A DNA stretch of 64,000 nt from an uncultured delta proteobacterium (GTDB lineage Bacteria > Desulfobacterota > WTBG01 > CAIYCZ01). The translations under genes and the position numbers were made by a program. Of this stretch, positions 61,461 to 64,000 are shown piece after piece (position 1 is the first letter of the stretch; the number at the start of each line of letters is the position of its first letter). The stretch covers positions 128,001 to 192,000 of the forward strand of contig CAWDOY010000047.1 in the NCBI GenBank assembly GCA_963803975.1. The letters run 5' to 3'. The notes under the pieces were generated by a model that saw nothing but the letters and a program-made list of their open reading frames with translations, had not been told where the DNA came from and did not search any database.

Positions 61461-61688
61461 ATGAAAAATATTCTGTCAATACTCGTGGCCATGCTGTTTG
61501 CATGCTCCCTGTCAGGCGTGAGTTTCGCGACCGAACCGGCAGCTCCCGTACCGGAACAGCCTAAGATTGAGGAAAAAGCTCCGGCTGTTGATGAAGTAAA
61601 GGAGGCGGTGGAAAAAAAGGTCGAGCAAAAAGTGGAGCAGGCGACTGAAACAAAGCAGGAAGCCGAGCAGGTCCCGGCTGCCAAGTAA
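61461..61688 (+). CDS. Small exported low-complexity Glu/Lys/Ala-rich protein
   Basis: RBS AAGGAGGT; signal peptide SFA. Confidence 0.7.
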   Translation: MKNILSILVAMLFACSLSGVSFATEPAAPVPEQPKIEEKAPAVDEVKEAVEKKVEQKVEQATETKQEAEQVPAAK

Positions 61689-61717
61689 TCGCTTTGCCTT
61701 TCAGGATACGGTTAGTA

Positions 61718-61757
61718 CCAGAGGCACTGGATGGTATACCCAGTGCCTCTGGTTTTA
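61718..61757. terminator. Hairpin terminator between convergent genes
   Basis: accagaggcactgg / ccagtgcctctggt with T-run. Confidence 0.75.
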
Positions 61758-61781
61758 TTTTATTTCATGGCAGGTTATGCG

Positions 61782-61988
61782 TTATGCACCAGCCTTCTTG
61801 CCTTCTTTTGCTTTTTTTTCTTTACCCTTGGTAATTGCCGTGTTAGGGCACACCCGTGCGCAGGCACCGCACTCAACGCAGGTGTCGGTAATTTTATAGT
61901 ACCAGTCATATTCAACTATAGATTTGGTGGGGCAGATCTCCCAGCAGGTCCCGCAGATAACACAGTCTTCAGTTATAAAGTAAGCCAT
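61782..61988 (-). CDS. 2[4Fe-4S] ferredoxin with basic tail
   Basis: CVICGTCWEICP and CVECGACARVCP. Confidence 0.88.
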   Translation of the reverse strand: MAYFITEDCVICGTCWEICPTKSIVEYDWYYKITDTCVECGACARVCPNTAITKGKEKKAKEGKKAGA

Positions 61989-62003
61989 ACGCTTCTCCTT
62001 TCA

Positions 62004-62690
62004 TTAATCCAGGACATGACCGCTTGATATGTTTTCAATGTTCTCAACTATGAGCGGCAGCAGGTCATAGTGAATATTACAGAACATTTCTCCGGGCTCA
62101 AGATGCATGAGGAACCGTGACGGCGGATCTCCAAGGGTATGGGACATGGTCTTTGCTTTGTGGACAACGGGAAATGACTGGGTACACCAGGCAGTTCCCT
62201 GGAGTCCGTGCACCAGCTCGCCGGTCTTCCATGTATACACTTTGCACAAACGCATAATGCGGTTGGCATCCGCCACGATCATAACCTGGTCGGGATTTTC
62301 AACGTCTTCCAGTTTCCCGATTATGAGGTACTTGTAATGTTTATAATGGTGGGGTATCTGCTGGTTAACCCTTCGCATTACCTGCCGGTCGGCATAGGCT
62401 TTATTCTTGCCGAGCGATGTTGACATGCCGGCATCAAAATCTTCTTTCGTCATTTTCTTATTCCCGATTCCTGCGTATACGGCACCGCCGCACAATACAT
62501 TCTTATTGGTGATATAGAAACTCTTCCGTCCCTCCCAGATTTCCGCAACAATGGCACACATAAATGAAACATCATCGCCATAGTATTCAAACCCTGCCGG
62601 AACCTCATCACACAGCTTGAAGGCTATGATATCCCGCTCATATCCTTCGAGCTCTTTTAACTTTTTCGCGTACTCCTTGTTTTTACTCAT
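62004..62690 (-). CDS. DUF169 family protein
   Basis: IIAFKL..MC....LCGGAVYAG..PDQVMIVAD..AWC. Confidence 0.7.
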   Translation of the reverse strand: MSKNKEYAKKLKELEGYERDIIAFKLCDEVPAGFEYYGDDVSFMCAIVAEIWEGRKSFYITNKNVLCGGAVYAGIGNKKMTKEDFDAGMSTSLGKNKAYADRQVMRRVNQQIPHHYKHYKYLIIGKLEDVENPDQVMIVADANRIMRLCKVYTWKTGELVHGLQGTAWCTQSFPVVHKAKTMSHTLGDPPSRFLMHLEPGEMFCNIHYDLLPLIVENIENISSGHVLD

Positions 62691-63209
62691 TGATTCCTCC
62701 TGAAAGTAGGTAATGTAGAACCGGTTATTGACCGCATCATCCCTCGTGGTAGAATATTTTTTCTCTTTTATGTTAATAGTATATTACCTGATACCGTGCA
62801 ATAAAAATATTTTTCACTTATGAGCACCGGTGCGTTATCCATTTCGCTCTATTATAAAAATATTTTTTATCCATTTCACATGGTTGAAGATAATCCCTGT
62901 GATTGAAAAGAGAAAAACAGTATAGCCATCTAATTTTACTGCCATAAAATTACTTCACCGCAATCATGCACCATCCGCTTATAAAATGTATCGCTAATTT
63001 TGATTTTTAAAAACTGCTTCTCTATCAGAATGCCTTTCATTTTTTTTATTTAAAAATATCTCTTGACTTGATATTGCAATCTATCTATTTATGGAACGCA
63101 TTCAAAAAGAAAATTTTGCAAAAAAACTAAGGCGACCAGCTTCTCTGTTCCTCTCTTTCTTTTTTATACTAAAAGAATTGTCAGCATCATAGCCAGCGGC
63201 ACTGAAGCG

Positions 63210-64000
63210 TTGCAGACTACTGTTCCATACATGTTAACATCTTGCGCTGATTCGTCACGTATGCAAACCGTTCAGGAACAACTGCTCGAAACCATAGACT
63301 ACTTTCCCACGCTGTGCCTGAGCCAGTATTTAAAAAAGATATACCAGCAGGCAAAAAAAATATCTTCCCGGGGGAATGCACCTATCCTCATCACCGGCGA
63401 AAAGGGAACCGGCAAGGAATTTCTCGCCAAGAACATCCATTATATATCCTCTTCGCTCCAGCACCCTTTTTTCATTATGAACTGCTCCCACCTGGCACTT
63501 GATCATTTTGAAAAAAAGCTGGAGCAGTACCTTTCCGCACTGCCCCATACGCCTGATGCTGCAATCCTCATCAGGAAGCAGCCCGCTGAAAAATGGGCGG
63601 AACCATATTTCTGCGCGATGTGGGCAAGCTGGATAGTCACATTCAGGGTAAAGTATTCGATGTGCTAAAAGAAAACTGCGGCAGAGCGCTGCGCTCATCA
63701 GCGTCTTCCCATCCATCCATTCATCTCATTTTCTCCTTTTGCCAGAATAGTGAAAAGCCGGAGGAGAATGCCCCGTGCAAAGAATCCCTGCAGAACATAT
63801 TCCGCCCGGACACGCTCAATCTTATACCGCTGCGCGAGCGATTGGAGGATATGCAGCCCCTTGCTTCATTTTTTATTGACCGGTTCAGCAAAGAGTATGG
63901 GAAGGACATCGGCGGGATACACAGCGAAGCGCTCGGTCTGCTGAAATCCTATGCATGGCCCTGCAATGTAAGCGAGCTGAAAAATGTCATGGAGAACGCG
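63210..64000 (+). CDS. Degenerate sigma-54-interaction AAA+ domain protein, frameshifted, runs off right edge
   Basis: ILITGEKGTGKE, PFFIMNC, LIPLRERLED, YAWPCNVSELKNVME; no GAFTGA seen. Confidence 0.7.

Overview
Chromosomal window from an anaerobic Gram-negative bacterium; gene content and intergenic repeats suggest Desulfobacterota/deltaproteobacteria (inference). Over 20 genes, including normally essential ones (prfB, lnt, purB), are broken by single-base indels, most likely uncorrected long-read errors rather than real pseudogenes. Left to right: an arylacetate cluster (iorA-iorB-paaK-ACT-two LivJ-type binding proteins-livHMGF-paaK), a porin-like gene, an FG-GAP protein, a ParA-family ATPase, ileS-lspA-lgt, a DAHP synthase, housekeeping and envelope genes (dgt, asmA-like, nfo, prfB, lnt, fadD, purB, gmhB, Kdo kinase-like), tandem flavoproteins, a PadR-led unknown operon, etfB-etfA-Fe-S/membrane oxidoreductase, IS4 and IS66 elements, an ABC-2 exporter and small secreted proteins. 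Best leads: (1) an unannotated Phe/Tyr-rich leader peptide (FYFYFYF-R-Y) with a two-terminator attenuator before the DAHP synthase; (2) a membrane class III nucleotide cyclase with a non-canonical specificity residue, an internal TPR insertion and a degenerate HD-GYP domain, divergent from a PilZ gene; (3) a ferredoxin-dependent bilin reductase-like gene in an apparent non-phototroph; (4) a 30-aa Lys/Ala-rich peptide gene ending in GCGCKK; (5) a MITE pair, one copy carrying a nested palindrome. No rRNA, tRNA or CRISPR array was recognised.
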